Shown piece by piece: positions 51,896 through 64,000 of a stretch of DNA of 64,000 nt (the stretch's first letter is position 1; the number at the start of each line of letters is the position of its first letter). The notes beneath the pieces are model-generated. The model saw nothing but the letters and a program-made list of their open reading frames with translations, searched no databases and was not told the origin of the DNA. The position numbers and the translations under genes were made by a program. Location: assembly GCF_006345805.1 (NCBI RefSeq), contig NC_042998.1:207762001-207826000 (forward strand), given 5' to 3'. Source of the DNA: Octopus sinensis (taxonomy: Eukaryota).

Positions 51896-52934
51896 TATCT
51901 ATCTGACCCGCCTGTTTCAAACGACTTTTCGCCCGGGACCTATGGACAACTTCCAGAGATCCCTGGCCTGGCGGTGCTACGAGAAGCGCTACCCGTTCGG
52001 GATAAGCTCTATAGGATGGCTCGAGAAACACGGGGCCGACCTGCCCGAGATGCGGGCAGAGCGACGAAACCGCTCTGCACGCAATCGTGCAGTGTCCAGC
52101 AATTTCCCACCTGTGGGCTTATGTCGAACGACTGCTGTCACTTGTGGGACGTGTCGGTTTATCAGCCGAGTCTATCGTAATATCGTCACGCCTCCTTCCT
52201 TCAAACGGGAAGGAAGAGCTATTTTTATCATACTTTGGCTATGGCAAAAGAATGTATCTGGTGGACGCGTCTGAAAGGATTAGAGACAAACATTTCCTCC
52301 GGTCAATCTCTCATCAACTTCTTCAAGTATCACTTGAAGAAAAAAGTGAGGTTAGAGAGGCAAGTTTTGTCTAGTGAATGTTTTAAAAAAAGATGGGTGA
52401 AATGTAGCAAGGATGGCACGTATGAATGGACGAAGCACCACCTGACTATGATCCTATGAACCGTTAAAAATTAATACAGAGAGTTGCTTATTTGCAAAAA
52501 AACAAAAAAAAAAAAAAGAAATATAACATGTGACTTCATTGACCGAGGTTCCGTGGTTCTTTTCCGTAGGCTTTTCTTTCCACGGGTAAAACCTCACCTG
52601 TCCCCCCCCTTTACACTTCATATTGACATTTCTGTGATAACGATCCCTATTGATCAATTTTTTTCCTCTCCCCCTTTTTTTTTAACCCCCCCTTTTTTTT
52701 TGTCCTCTTTCTCTCCTTTTACGATCCTTTTGATCGACCCCCCCTTTTTATTTTTTTTTTATTTTATTTTATTCTTTTTCTTATTTTTTATTTTTTTATT
52801 TTTTTTTTTTTTTATTTTTTTTTTTTAAACCTTCAAAAGAAAAGCTCTACCTTGAATTGTTCTATCTGTGTGCAGCCCTGTGTGGCTAATAAAAGAAAAA
52901 CTATCTATCTTCTATCTATCTATCTATCTATCTA

Positions 52935-52981
<47 letters not shown>

Positions 52982-52984
52982 GTC

Positions 52985-53036
<52 letters not shown>

Positions 53037-53063
53037 GTCTATCTATCTATCTGTCTGTCTGTC

Positions 53064-53095
<32 letters not shown>

Positions 53096-53129
53096 ATATC
53101 ATCGATCTATCTATCCATCCCCTCCATCT

Positions 53130-53179
<50 letters not shown>

Positions 53180-53184
53180 GTCTG

Positions 53185-53236
<52 letters not shown>

Positions 53237-53267
53237 CTATCTATCTATCTATCTGTCTGTCTATCTT

Positions 53268-53346
<79 letters not shown>

Positions 53347-53350
53347 ATCT
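51590..53350. repeat. (ATCT)n arrays (51590-51903; 52900-53350) flanking a LINE
   Basis: Direct observation. Confidence 0.97.
51903..52900 (+). mobile_element. 5'-truncated Tx1/L1-like LINE (ORF2 end + 3' UTR) inside (ATCT)n
   Basis: [36 protein letters not shown]; pyrimidine-rich UTR ending AATAAA. Confidence 0.85.
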
Positions 53351-53351
53351 T

Positions 53352-53630
53352 TCGTTAGCGTCATAGTGTCAAGCCACAGGCATATTGACCTGGTCGGCGA
53401 GACACTAAAAGAATACGAATCGGTCACGGGGACAAAAATCAACCCGGGAAAGTCAGTAGGCTTGCGGCCCGGCACCTGGAGAAGTAAGCCCATGCCGTCC
53501 AAAAGCGTCTCCGTCGTGGGACACAGGACCGACGGACCGGTTAAATTGCTCGGGGTCGGGTCCTGTCCATACCTCCAAATGGAGAAGAACTGTGTTGCGA
53601 TAACGAGCAGGGTGGTTACTCTCACTGGGC
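53352..53630 (+). mobile_element. Tx1/L1-like RT fragment starting at the end of (ATCT)n
   Basis: LKEYESVTGTKINPGKSVGL..GTWR..VKLLGV. Confidence 0.8.
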
Positions 53631-54315
53631 CGAAAAAAAAAACAAGTATTGTGGTCGATTCGTTCGGCTAAAAATTCTTCAAGCTGGTGCCCCAGTATGG
53701 CCGCGGGCGAACGACTGAAGCAATTAAAATATAAAAGATAACGGTAAAAGATATATAATTTTCATTCATAAATAACAAATTTTTCAGACACAAACGGAAT
53801 TCACTTTCATTAGAATATAAGTAGACGCAGTGAGTATATATTCAGTTCAATTGGCAGTAAAAGTTTACAGAGAAAAGCGTATTTCGTTGGTCGTGTAATG
53901 GCGTTATAAATATACAGAGTTATATTAAAACATGCTCATTGCATATGTATGCCTTTTCAAGATTGCATACATGAAGGAAATTCTATCTAATTGAGAGAGT
54001 GTAAATATATAGACTTATATAAACATCAAAATACAGACAACGAATATATTTTAAGTTTATAACATGTATAATGCTAAAAAGTTTAAAATATTAAAACAGT
54101 TCAGAACAGACTAAATATTTTATGTTATGATAATAATATATGAAATATAGAAAATATGCAAAAAATTATCACGGAACTATTTCGTTTCGTTGCGTCTTCT
54201 AACATAAAAATCAATAAACAGTTGTAACTGACATGACTTTTTAATATATGAAATTTTTGGAACATGTTATATGATATATGCTTAAAGTATATTCGTTCTC
54301 TAAAGTTAAATGCAT

Positions 54316-54357
<42 letters not shown>

Positions 54358-54479
54358 GTAGAAGGTTGAAAAGGAACACACGGGTTGATATATATATATA
54401 TAAAACTGTCTGATGAACGGCAACGAGAAACACAGGAAGTAACAGATTTCGTTGAATTTTCTGTGCTGCTTCAAAATAA

Positions 54480-54530
<51 letters not shown>

Positions 54531-54615
54531 GTGTGTGTGTGTTTGTGTGTGTGTGTAGAAGGTTGAAAAGGTACCCACATATATATATACACACCACACA
54601 CACACACACACACAC

Positions 54616-54658
<43 letters not shown>

Positions 54659-54872
54659 AAAAAAAGTCAAGATAGGAAAGCTAAAATAATTTTATAAACA
54701 ACATTTCAGTACCGGCTTCGGTCATTGAGATTTTTTCGTCTGTAAGTATGGAAAACAATTGAATTTTGGAAAAATTAAATAAAAAGCATTTTAAAAGAAT
54801 ATTTGCATAGTATTCAAATACAAGTGGCATTTTCCTTGTTTCTGCCTGTCTCTGTCTCTCTTGTTTACTGTT

Positions 54873-55232
54873 GTGGCATTCCGTCGGTTACGACGACGAG
54901 GGTTCCAGTTGATCCGATCAACGGAACAGCCTGCTGGTGAAATTAACGTGCAAGTAGCTGAGCACTCCAGAAACACGTGTACCCTTAACGTAGTTCTCAA
55001 GGGGGATTCAGCGTGACACAATGTGTGACAGGGCTGGTGCCTTTGAAATACAGGTACAACAGAAACAGGAAGAAAGAGTGAGAGAAAGTTGTGGCGAAAA
55101 AGTACAGCAAGGTTCGCCCTGCCGGAGTCTCGTGGACCTTTAGGTGTTTTCGCTCAATAAATACTCACAACGCCCAGTCTGCAGATCGAAACCGCGAGTC
55201 CACTGCCCTAACCACTAACCATTGCCCCTCCA
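54873..55232 (-). mobile_element. SINE C
   Basis: Matches 34769-35137. Confidence 0.88.
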
Positions 55233-55310
55233 CTGTGGTATGTATGTACGTATGTATGTATGTATGTATGTATGTATGTATGTATGTATGTATGTATGTA
55301 TGTTTGTATG

Positions 55311-55347
<37 letters not shown>

Positions 55348-55522
55348 CACTTCTATATTTAAGAGATGAGGAATTATTTACATTATTTACATTTGACGGA
55401 TATTTGTCCTCATCTTGTTTGTTGTTAACACAACATTTCGAGTGATATACGCTCCAACGTTCATCAGGTGTCTTGGGAAAATATCGAACCTGAGTTCTCA
55501 TTCCTAAGATATTTTTCGATGT
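55348..55522 (-). mobile_element. Hammerhead-containing module (Penelope pLTR-like)
   Basis: Minus strand gacac-CUGAUGA..-CGAAA-uguu-guguu (55427-55472); inverted homolog of 57040-57221. Confidence 0.75.
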
Positions 55523-55534
55523 TATTATTATCAT

Positions 55535-55602
<68 letters not shown>

Positions 55603-55693
55603 TGGAATCTTGGGGTTAGTAGCCTGCGCTCTTAACCACTACGCCATAAACGAGTCCGATACCGAGGCAATGACTTCAATAATAATAATAATA

Positions 55694-55734
<41 letters not shown>

Positions 55735-55750
55735 TAATAATAATAATAAT

Positions 55751-56944
55751 ACGGGCGGAATAAGATCGAAGCTATCAACACCTGGGCGGTTTCACTCCAT
55801 AGATATGGAGCAGGGGTAATCGCATGGACAGAAGACGAACTAAACAGCATAGACAGAAAGACAAGGAAGTTGCTAACTAGATATGGGTCACTCCACCCTA
55901 AAAGTGACACAGACGGACTGTATGTACCAAAAAAAAAAAAGAGGAGGAACGGGACTTATTGGATGCGAACACAGCATTAGAGCAGAAGAAAACAACATAG
56001 CATGGTATGTAAAAATAATGTCAAAGAACCGCTATTATTAGAAGTAAGAATGTCAGGCTTGTGTAGGATGAAAGATTGCAAAGATAAAGCACTATACAAG
56101 AAATTGAAAACGAATGAAACTGAAAATCTGTGGGTAAAGAAAAGAATGTATGGTGAATTTCATAGAGATGTTGAAGATAAGACAGACAGAGAAAAAAGAT
56201 GGCTGTGGATGTCTCAAAGTGATTTAAAACCGGGAACGGAGGCTCTAATCTGTGCAGCCCAAGAGCAAGCACTAAGAACAAACTACATAAAATACAGAAT
56301 AGAAAACACAGCAGAAAGTGATAAATGCAGAATCTGTGGACAAAACGGTGAATACTTATGGCATATTACCAGCCAATGTACGTCACTAGCCCAGAAGGAA
56401 TATAAGAGACGCCACGACAATATGGCCAAGCTTGTCCATTGGACACTATGCAAAAAATTGGTACGACCACAAAACTGATGGCATCATCGAAAACAGAAAT
56501 GCAAAGATCCTATGGGATTTTATGATTCAGTGCGACCATGAGATAGAGAATAGAAAACCAGACATTGTCTTAATTGAGAAAGAAAACAAACTATGCTGGA
56601 TCATAGACATAGCATGCCCAGCTGACAACAAGGAATGCGATAAGGAAGAAAGAAAAGTCGATAGATATGACAGGTTAGCTTGGTAAGTTAAGCAGCAGTG
56701 GTCGATGAAAAAGGTGGTAGCAGTAATTGTCGGAGCCCTAGGAACAGTGAGCAAAAATCTTGAGAAGTACATGGAACAAATAGGGGCTGCAATAAAGGGG
56801 GAGCACTTGCAGAAAACAGCACTGCTTGGAACCGCTCGAATACTCCGGAAGGTGCTCGAAAAATAAGAGGTGTTACCTTAGTTCACTGGTTAATGAACAG
56901 CGGACACCGTAGTACATCTCCAGCGTTAGACGCTGTGCAAGGGC
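55751..56944 (+). pseudogene. R4/Dong-like LINE, 5' truncated, between (TAA)n tracts
   Basis: AAQEQALRT, CRICG..HITSQC, YKRRHD and KPDIVLIEK..WIIDIACP (CCHC + PD-D REL endonuclease). Confidence 0.92.
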
Positions 56945-57007
<63 letters not shown>

Positions 57008-57039
57008 AACAACAACAACAACAACAACAACAGCAGCAG

Positions 57040-57221
57040 CATCGAAAAATACCTTAGTAATGAGAGCCCAGGTTAGAAATCTCCCCAAGACACCTGATGA
57101 AGGCTGGAGGGTATATCAGCCAAAACATTGTGTTAACAACAAACAAGATGAGGACAAATATCCGTCAAATGTAAATAATGTAAATAATGTACATAATTCC
57201 TCATCTCTTAAATATAGAACT
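57040..57221 (+). mobile_element. Hammerhead-containing module (Penelope pLTR-like)
   Basis: gacac-CUGAUGA-A-ggctg..cagcc-aaaac-att-gtgtt (57089-57134). Confidence 0.75.
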
Positions 57222-57788
57222 GTATGTTGTAAGGTGTTTTTAAAAAATTAGAGGAGAAATTGAAAAGATTGAGGAGTACAGACGCAAAATCTGGGATGCC
57301 ATGTTTGGGGATAATGGCAAGACATCGTCAGAGTAAATGGTTTTGTTGGTTTGCGACATTTTTTGTATTTGAAGTAGGAGCATGGAAGATGGTGGATTTG
57401 GTGGAACAGAAGAGAATTAGATTTGGAGAATATTTGCTACAAGTGGCTGCAAAATTGTAAGATAAGATGGAAGCTTTATTCGCGAGGATACTGCTCACAA
57501 AGATATTGTTCTTGAGAAGTGAATAAAAAAAAGAAAGGGTTTGCTAAGTTATTACGTTTGCAATCAATCCGACGATCTCCAGTACAGTTTCTATCAATCC
57601 AATTTCAGTCACAAGGCTTGCGTCAACTAGAGGCTATGGTAAAAGGATACTTAACCAAAGAGACACTGAATGTAATCGAACTCTCGATCACTTGGTTGCG
57701 AAGCGAACTCTTAAGCCTTTTGGGTTAAGCTGCATATATATCTATTTAAGCATGTATGTATGTAATGCACACTTGCATATGTATGCAA

Positions 57789-57819
<31 letters not shown>

Positions 57820-57885
57820 TGTATGTATGTATGTATGTATGTATGTATCAAGTATGTATGTACGTGTGCATATGTGTGTGTGTGT

Positions 57886-57927
<42 letters not shown>

Positions 57928-57929
57928 TT

Positions 57930-58136
57930 CTCTTTAACTTGTTTCAGTCATTTGACTGCGGCCATGCTGGAGCACCGCCTTTAATCGAGAACTCGACCCC
58001 GGGACTTATTCTTTTGTAAGCCCAGTATTTATTCTATCGGTCTCTTTTGCCGAACCGCTAATAACGGGACATAAACGCACCAGCATCGGTTGTCAAGCAA
58101 TGCTAGAGGGACCAAACACAGACACACGCACACACA

Positions 58137-58193
<57 letters not shown>

Positions 58194-58280
58194 GACGGCT
58201 CTTCTTTCAGTTTTCCGTCTACCAACTCCACTCACAAGGCTTTGGTCGGCCCGGGGCTATAGCAGAAGACACTTGCCCAC
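57930..58280 (-). mobile_element. SINE A
   Basis: Family match. Confidence 0.88.
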
Positions 58281-58379
58281 GTGCGAGCGTGTGTATGTAT
58301 GTGTGTATGCATATTTGCACATATAAAAGCACACATACCCCTATCCATATAAATAGAGAAATAGTATCATGATTATTTA

Positions 58380-58828
58380 TGCCTTTATTGCCCACAAGGG
58401 GCTAAACATAGAGGGGACAAACAAGGACAGACAAACTGATTAAGTCGATTATATCGACCCCAGTGCGTAACTGGTACTTATTTAATCGAACCCGAAAGGA
58501 TGAAAGGCAAAGTCGACCTCGGCGGAATTTGAACTCAGAACGTAGCGGCTGACGAAATACCGCCAAGCATTTTGCCCGGCGTGCTAACGATTCTGCCAGC
58601 TCACCGCCTTATAATTACTATGAATAATCTTTTCTACTATCGGCACAAGGCCTGAAATTTTGGGGGATGGGGCCAGTCGATTAAATCAACTGGTACTTAA
58701 TCTATCGACCCCGAAAAGATGAAAGGCAAAGTAGACCTCAGCGGAATTTGAACTCACAACGCAGCGGCAGACGAAATACCGCTAAGCATTTCGCCCTCGT
58801 GCTAACGTTTCTGCCAGTTCGCCGCCTT
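58380..58828 (-). mobile_element. Two SINE B monomers, one with each tail type
   Basis: 58380-58610 has the Tx1-like tail; 58628-58828 has the alternative tail. Confidence 0.9.
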
Positions 58829-58962
58829 AGAATCAAAATAATTATTAAGGCAGAAGCAGACAAGATGGCGTTAAGAATAATGTTTGACTACTTTGATTAA
58901 ACACGGGCACACGCAGGCGCATACACACACACACTGTTTACATAGCTATATGCGGTGAAGGG

Positions 58963-58973
58963 ATATATATATA

Positions 58974-59024
<51 letters not shown>

Positions 59025-59036
59025 TATATATATATA

Positions 59037-59078
<42 letters not shown>

Positions 59079-59102
59079 ATATTATGTATATTATATAATA
59101 TT

Positions 59103-59135
<33 letters not shown>

Positions 59136-59280
59136 ATAATATATATATACATATATATATAATATGTTTATATATATATCCATATATTCATATATATGGA
59201 TATATATATATATCCATATATATATCCATATATACATATATATGGATATATATATATCCATATATACATATATATATATC

Positions 59281-59320
<40 letters not shown>

Positions 59321-59330
59321 CATATAGGCG
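58963..59330. repeat. Compound (TA)n/(CA)n microsatellite
   Basis: Direct observation. Confidence 0.97.
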
Positions 59331-59978
59331 TATGTGTTTCTGTATGGTATATATTTGTGAATATATGTAGAAGTTATGCATATACATAAATGATGTAATG
59401 TGCGTGTGTGTGTGTAAATGTGTGTGTGTGTGTGTGTGCATGCATATAGGTATGTATATGTATGCAATGGGAGAGAGATAGAAATTTCAACACTTACTGA
59501 GCAATCAGAAAGTGTCAGTAAACTAGTTTTCTTTCTCAATTGTTAATGAATGTGAATCTCAAATCCCAAGACCCTTCACTTCTAACATTGTGTCACCACC
59601 ACCAACCACCAACCACCACCACCACCACCGCCTTTATTTCCGCTACCACCACCACCCCGTCCAGCTTCCTTTCTCACCTCCTCCATTCAAATACTTAGCT
59701 GACACAATACGCGGGGACCTGACACGGCGCGAAACAAGTCAATACACTTGGTAAATAGCAGCGTGTGTATACAACACGCGCCTTAAACATTGTATTCTTT
59801 CAGCAACAATGATGAATAAACGCTGTCTAGAATTGAAAATCTGCAAGAATACTTGTGTATGTTATAAGTAGACGCTTTGTGTCAGCTAAAGAGTTTTCCG
59901 TTGGCAATAAAGTCGCTAAGAAAATAAAGAGCCGAATATAAACAATCGCAAAATGAATATTTCTTAACCGAACAAAGT

Positions 59979-60202
59979 TTAAGAACTAATTATTGGGTAA
60001 TTATATTTCGGTAAAGGATGATGTTTGTTTGCGGAGCTCGATGATACTGAGGTGTAGTCGATTGAATTCTTCACCCTGAGTGGTAGCGGTGGTGCTCTTG
60101 ATGATGATGGTGGGTGGTGGTGGTGGTGGTGGTGGTGGTAGTCGCCGTCGTACTCAGGTTGATGTCTTGCCCGGTCACTTATCGGGTCGCCTCCACAAGG
60201 AT
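59979..60202 (-). CDS. Candidate terminal coding exon (His-run, Pro/Ser-rich) of an unidentified gene
   Basis: Acceptor ttctgttAG at 60203-60204. Only one frame is open: PCGGDPISDRARHQPEYDGDYHHHHHHHHPPSSSRAPPLPLRVKNSIDY..PIISS*. Followed by unique sequence and AATAAA (59633-59638, minus). Confidence 0.35.
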
Positions 60203-60309
60203 CTAACAGAATTTAAAACCCGAAACCCAGTTCTATCTTCAGATAGAACCTAAAATATGCATGAAGCAGATGGTCACCCAAACTATACTGTCTTTCTAGT
60301 ATGTAATAT

Positions 60310-61305
60310 CGTTTTCAAATTTTGGCGCAAGGCCGGCAATTTCAGAGGAAGAGTAAGTCGTTATCGACCCGGAAAATAGGCAAAGTCGATCTCGGCGGAA
60401 TTTGAACTAAAAACGTAAAGACGGACGAAACGCCGCTAAGCATTTTTTCCGGCATGCTAGTGGTTATGCCAATTCACCGTCCTTCTCTAGTATGTATTAT
60501 CCATCCTACTATAGGCACAAGGGCATGAAACTTCGAGGGAGGGCGCTGGTCGATTATATTGACCCCAGTACTCAACTGGTACTTAATTTGTCGACCCTGA
60601 AAGAATGGAAGGCAAAGTCGACCTCCGCTGAATTTGAATTCAGAACGTAAAGACGGACGAAATGTTAGCGATTCTGCCAGCTCGCCGCCTTTATTTAGTA
60701 TGTAATGTCATCAACAGGTGTAACAGGTGTAACAGACCGTGATATTAATTTAGAAGAAAGAGAAAAACAACGCTCCTAAAAAATGAATGATAGAGTATGG
60801 TACTTAGTGTTACGTGCACCATACATTACATTAAAAAATAATCAGCGCAGATAAAAAGAAAAAAAAGTGGCGCCACGATGTATATTGGAGAGCTGACAGA
60901 AACGTTAGCACGCCGGGTGAAATGCCTAGCGGTATTTCGTCTGTCGTTACGTTCTGAGTTCAAATTCCGCCGAGGTCGACTTTGCCTTCATCCTTTCGGT
61001 GTCGATAAATTAAGTCCAGTTACGGCACGGGGTCGATGGAATCGACTTAATCCGTTTGTCTGTCCTTGTTTGTCTTCTTTGTGTTTAGCCCCTTGTGAGT
61101 AGTAAAGAAATAGAAATAGGTATTTCGTCTGCCGCTACGTTCTGAGTTCAAATTCCCCCGAGGTCGACTTTGCCATTCATTCTTTCGGGGTCGATTAAAT
61201 AAGTAGCAGTTACGCAATGGGGTCGATGTAATGGGCTTAATCCCTTTGTCTGTCCTTATTTGTCCTCTCTATGTTTATCCCCCTGTGGGCAATAAAGAAA
61301 TAAAT
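60310..61305. mobile_element. SINE B cluster (two minus monomers; plus dimer 60885-61305)
   Basis: Family match. Confidence 0.87.
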
Positions 61306-61869
61306 AACTCCCTTTTCTTCCATTATGGAATAATACTGTAACTGTCATCGAGTTGTTCAATATTATCTAATAATATTTCTGCTTTTCATTTCGTTATTTA
61401 GCCCGTCGGTTACGCTTTCACGTGATCAGAGAAAAATAGGGAGAGAGAAAAAGAGGATACGGCGAAGGGTGAGGTAGAAAGAGAGAGAAAGAAAGAGAGA
61501 GAGAGAGAAAGGGAGAAAAGACGGAGAGAGACGCTTCCATGACATGTGATAGGGTGAACGTCATATTTATTAAGTGGTTAAAAAAGTTAGTTACAGGTAT
61601 TGGTATAGAGGAGAGTTAGGAATATAATTTAGCAGAGAGGTGATGTTCTGATGGTGAGAGAGAGAGAGAGAGAAAGAGAGAGGAAAAGAGAGAGAGAGGA
61701 AAAAAGAGAGAGAGAGAGAGGAAAAGAGAGAGAGGAAAGAGAGAGAGAGAAAAGAGAGAGAGAGAGATGAAAAGAGAGAGAGAGAGATGGTGGTGGTGGT
61801 GGTGGTGGTGGTGGTGGTGGTGATAGTGGTGGTGGTGGTGGAAAAGGTGGAGGTGGCGATGGTGCGTGC

Positions 61870-62205
61870 ATAGTGAAAAGTAATGTTTTTCTTATTGAAC
61901 TAAATTTTTTACATCACCTATCACTCATCGCATGTGCATCCCAAACTTGCCATTCACTTTAGAAAGAAACCAGTTTCCCGTTCACCTGTCATATGCAATG
62001 ACTATCAATAAATCATAAGAGCAGACATTTGATAAAGTGGGGCTGTTCTTGCCTGAACCTGTTTTCGGCCATGGTCAGCTATACGTTGCATTCTCAAGGG
62101 CTCACAAATTATCTGATGTGAGAGTTAAAGTTATCAACACTGACAAACAAAGGAAAAGAAGAGGGAAAACCTACACGAAGAACATAATCAGCGAAGAATA
62201 TTAGA
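61870..62205 (+). pseudogene. Helitron RepHel (PIF1-like helicase) C-terminal remnant
   Basis: [50 protein letters not shown] matches Helitron helicase motifs V/VI; has an in-frame stop; absent from the ORF track. Confidence 0.9.
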
Positions 62206-62288
62206 TACGCAGGAATATTTTGGATACGCAAATTAAAATGTATTTTGGCTCTGATCCATCGCCTTGGCTTATAAGTTACCAATGGTGT

Positions 62289-62670
62289 GGAGGCGCAATG
62301 GCCCAATGGTTAGGGCAGCGGACTCGCGGTCATAGGATCGGGGTTTCGATTCCCAGACCAGGCGTTGTGAGTGTTTATTGAGCGAAAACACCTAAAAAAG
62401 CTCCACGAGGCTCCAGCAGGGGGTAGTAATGAACCCTGCTCTACTCTTTCACCACAACTTTCTCTCATTCTTACTTCCTGTTTCTGTTGTACCTGTATTT
62501 CAAAGGGCCGGCCTTGTCACTCTCTGTGTCACGCTGAATATCCCCGAGAACTACGTTAACGGTGCATGTGTCTGTGGAGTGCTCAGCCACTTACACGTTA
62601 ATTTCGCGAGCAGGCTGTTTCCGTTGATTCAGATCAACCGGAACCCTCGTCGCGTAACCGACGGAGTGCT
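62289..62670 (+). mobile_element. SINE C
   Basis: Family match, full length. Confidence 0.9.
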
Positions 62671-63059
62671 TCCATCACCAATGATGTGGTTTTCAGAGAA
62701 TACCATGCTGCATTACATTTTTGTGCTCCCGTGAAACTGCGACTCCTATACTTTACATATGAAATTATTATTTTTTTACTATAAAACTTTTGTTTTCTAG
62801 ATATGAAATTGTGATCATGTAAATCTTAAAATGTAATTTTTTTCTGTTGATGCGGAAAATGGAAAAAATTAGAGTGAATATTCATTTTATGAGTGCTGTG
62901 TATTAAGTTTATAAAATTGTGCATAAAGTTTTTAAAGTGCATTGTGTAATCATTGTATTTCCAATTTCCTTCACTTTTCAATGAATAACAGGCTACGCTT
63001 TCAGGTCTGGGGGTAGTTTTCAGGAATAATCCAATAGGTTAATATTATTTCCGGTAATT

Positions 63060-63450
63060 ATTCACGGCCCCGCTAGTATATGTTAAAACTGCCTCTGTAA
63101 ATTTAGGCTGTTCGAAATCTCTTCTCAAGAAAGTTTTAGAATTTGGTCAGGGTTTTATTGCAGTTAGTGATTCAGACTTTGATATCACTTTGCAGGTTAG
63201 GAATAGTTGCTGTTTTAACGTATGGTGTTCATGGTTTAAACCTATTAGTCGAGAACTGTTCGCTGTCACCATTGCAAGATGGGCCCGAGGTTTCGTTTGT
63301 GAATGAATAGATTGTATATATCCTAGACATAAAGATTCCATTCCCAGGGTTCGGCCTTTATCGTAACGATGGGCTATTTATTGTATGAAGTAAGAATAAC
63401 TCTACATTGGATGCTACTAGCAAGAATTTATCATAATATTCAAAGAGCTT
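63060..63450 (+). pseudogene. Penelope-like reverse transcriptase remnant
   Basis: LLKKVLEFG..LFAVT..DGPEV..FGLYRNDGL resembles the PLE motifs FDVTMGSYDGAEV..GLYRDDGL. Confidence 0.7.
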
Positions 63451-63492
63451 GATATAAACATACATACACATACATATCTCTTGGTAATAAAT

Positions 63493-63592
63493 NNNNNNNN
63501 NNNNNNNNNNNNNNNNNNNNNNNNNNNNNNNNNNNNNNNNNNNNNNNNNNNNNNNNNNNNNNNNNNNNNNNNNNNNNNNNNNNNNNNNNNNN
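63493..63592. other. Assembly gap (100 N)
   Basis: Run of N. Confidence 1.
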
Positions 63593-63689
63593 AGGTTTAC
63601 CAGGCCAGACAGGTCGAAAGGTAGGAGACAGACAAAACCTTAACGACAATAAATCGAATTGTCGGCAGCAGGTCGTGGACTTAGTTATC

Positions 63690-63785
63690 GAAGAATTCGA
63701 GCAGTTCCAAGCAGTGCTGTTTTGCGCAAGTTCTCCACCATTATTGCAGCCCCTATTTGTTCTATTTACTTCTCGAGATTTTTAG
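63690..63785 (-). mobile_element. R4/Dong-like fragment adjoining (TTA)n
   Basis: Reverse complement of the 56755-56845 region (NLEK.IEQIGAAI..KTALLGTARI). Confidence 0.8.
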
Positions 63786-63815
63786 TATGGTTGCTTTCTC
63801 GTTTTATTATTATTA

Positions 63816-63869
<54 letters not shown>

Positions 63870-64000
63870 TATTATTATAATGTGTTTGGCTTTGCCTTGT
63901 ATTTGTACAAGTTGGCGCCATGTCTCACCCAGAGACCTCAAGAAACATACAACATATTGACCCAACAGGTCAGATTCCTGGCTTTGAACCAGCAGGATGT

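Overview
Eukaryotic, AT-rich, repeat-saturated genomic DNA. The SINE content and microsatellite load suggest an octopus/cephalopod genome, which is an inference. Only one clear host gene is present: an intronless minus-strand ORF (21429-22715, 428 aa) with a degenerate RING finger and a C-terminal NHL-type beta-propeller. Two weaker candidate terminal exons lie on the minus strand. Most of the window is transposable-element debris: at least four tRNA-derived SINE families with shuffled modules; fragments of CR1/L2, RTE, R4/Dong, Tx1/L1 and Penelope-like retroelements; Helitrons, including a helicase remnant; and Merlin-, hAT-, piggyBac- and Tc1/pogo-type MITEs. Nearly all ORF-track entries are artefacts of microsatellites or SINEs. 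Main hidden structure read from the sequence: (i) several minimal hammerhead-ribozyme motifs, one inside a 300-bp-period repeat with a long hairpin and one forming a three-copy (TAA)n-associated module; (ii) two SINE-LINE 3'-tail partnerships; (iii) apparent partitioning of microsatellite types among retroelement clades, including a Tx1-like LINE embedded in (ATCT)n. All coordinates and alignments were made by eye, and boundaries of degenerate repeats are approximate.
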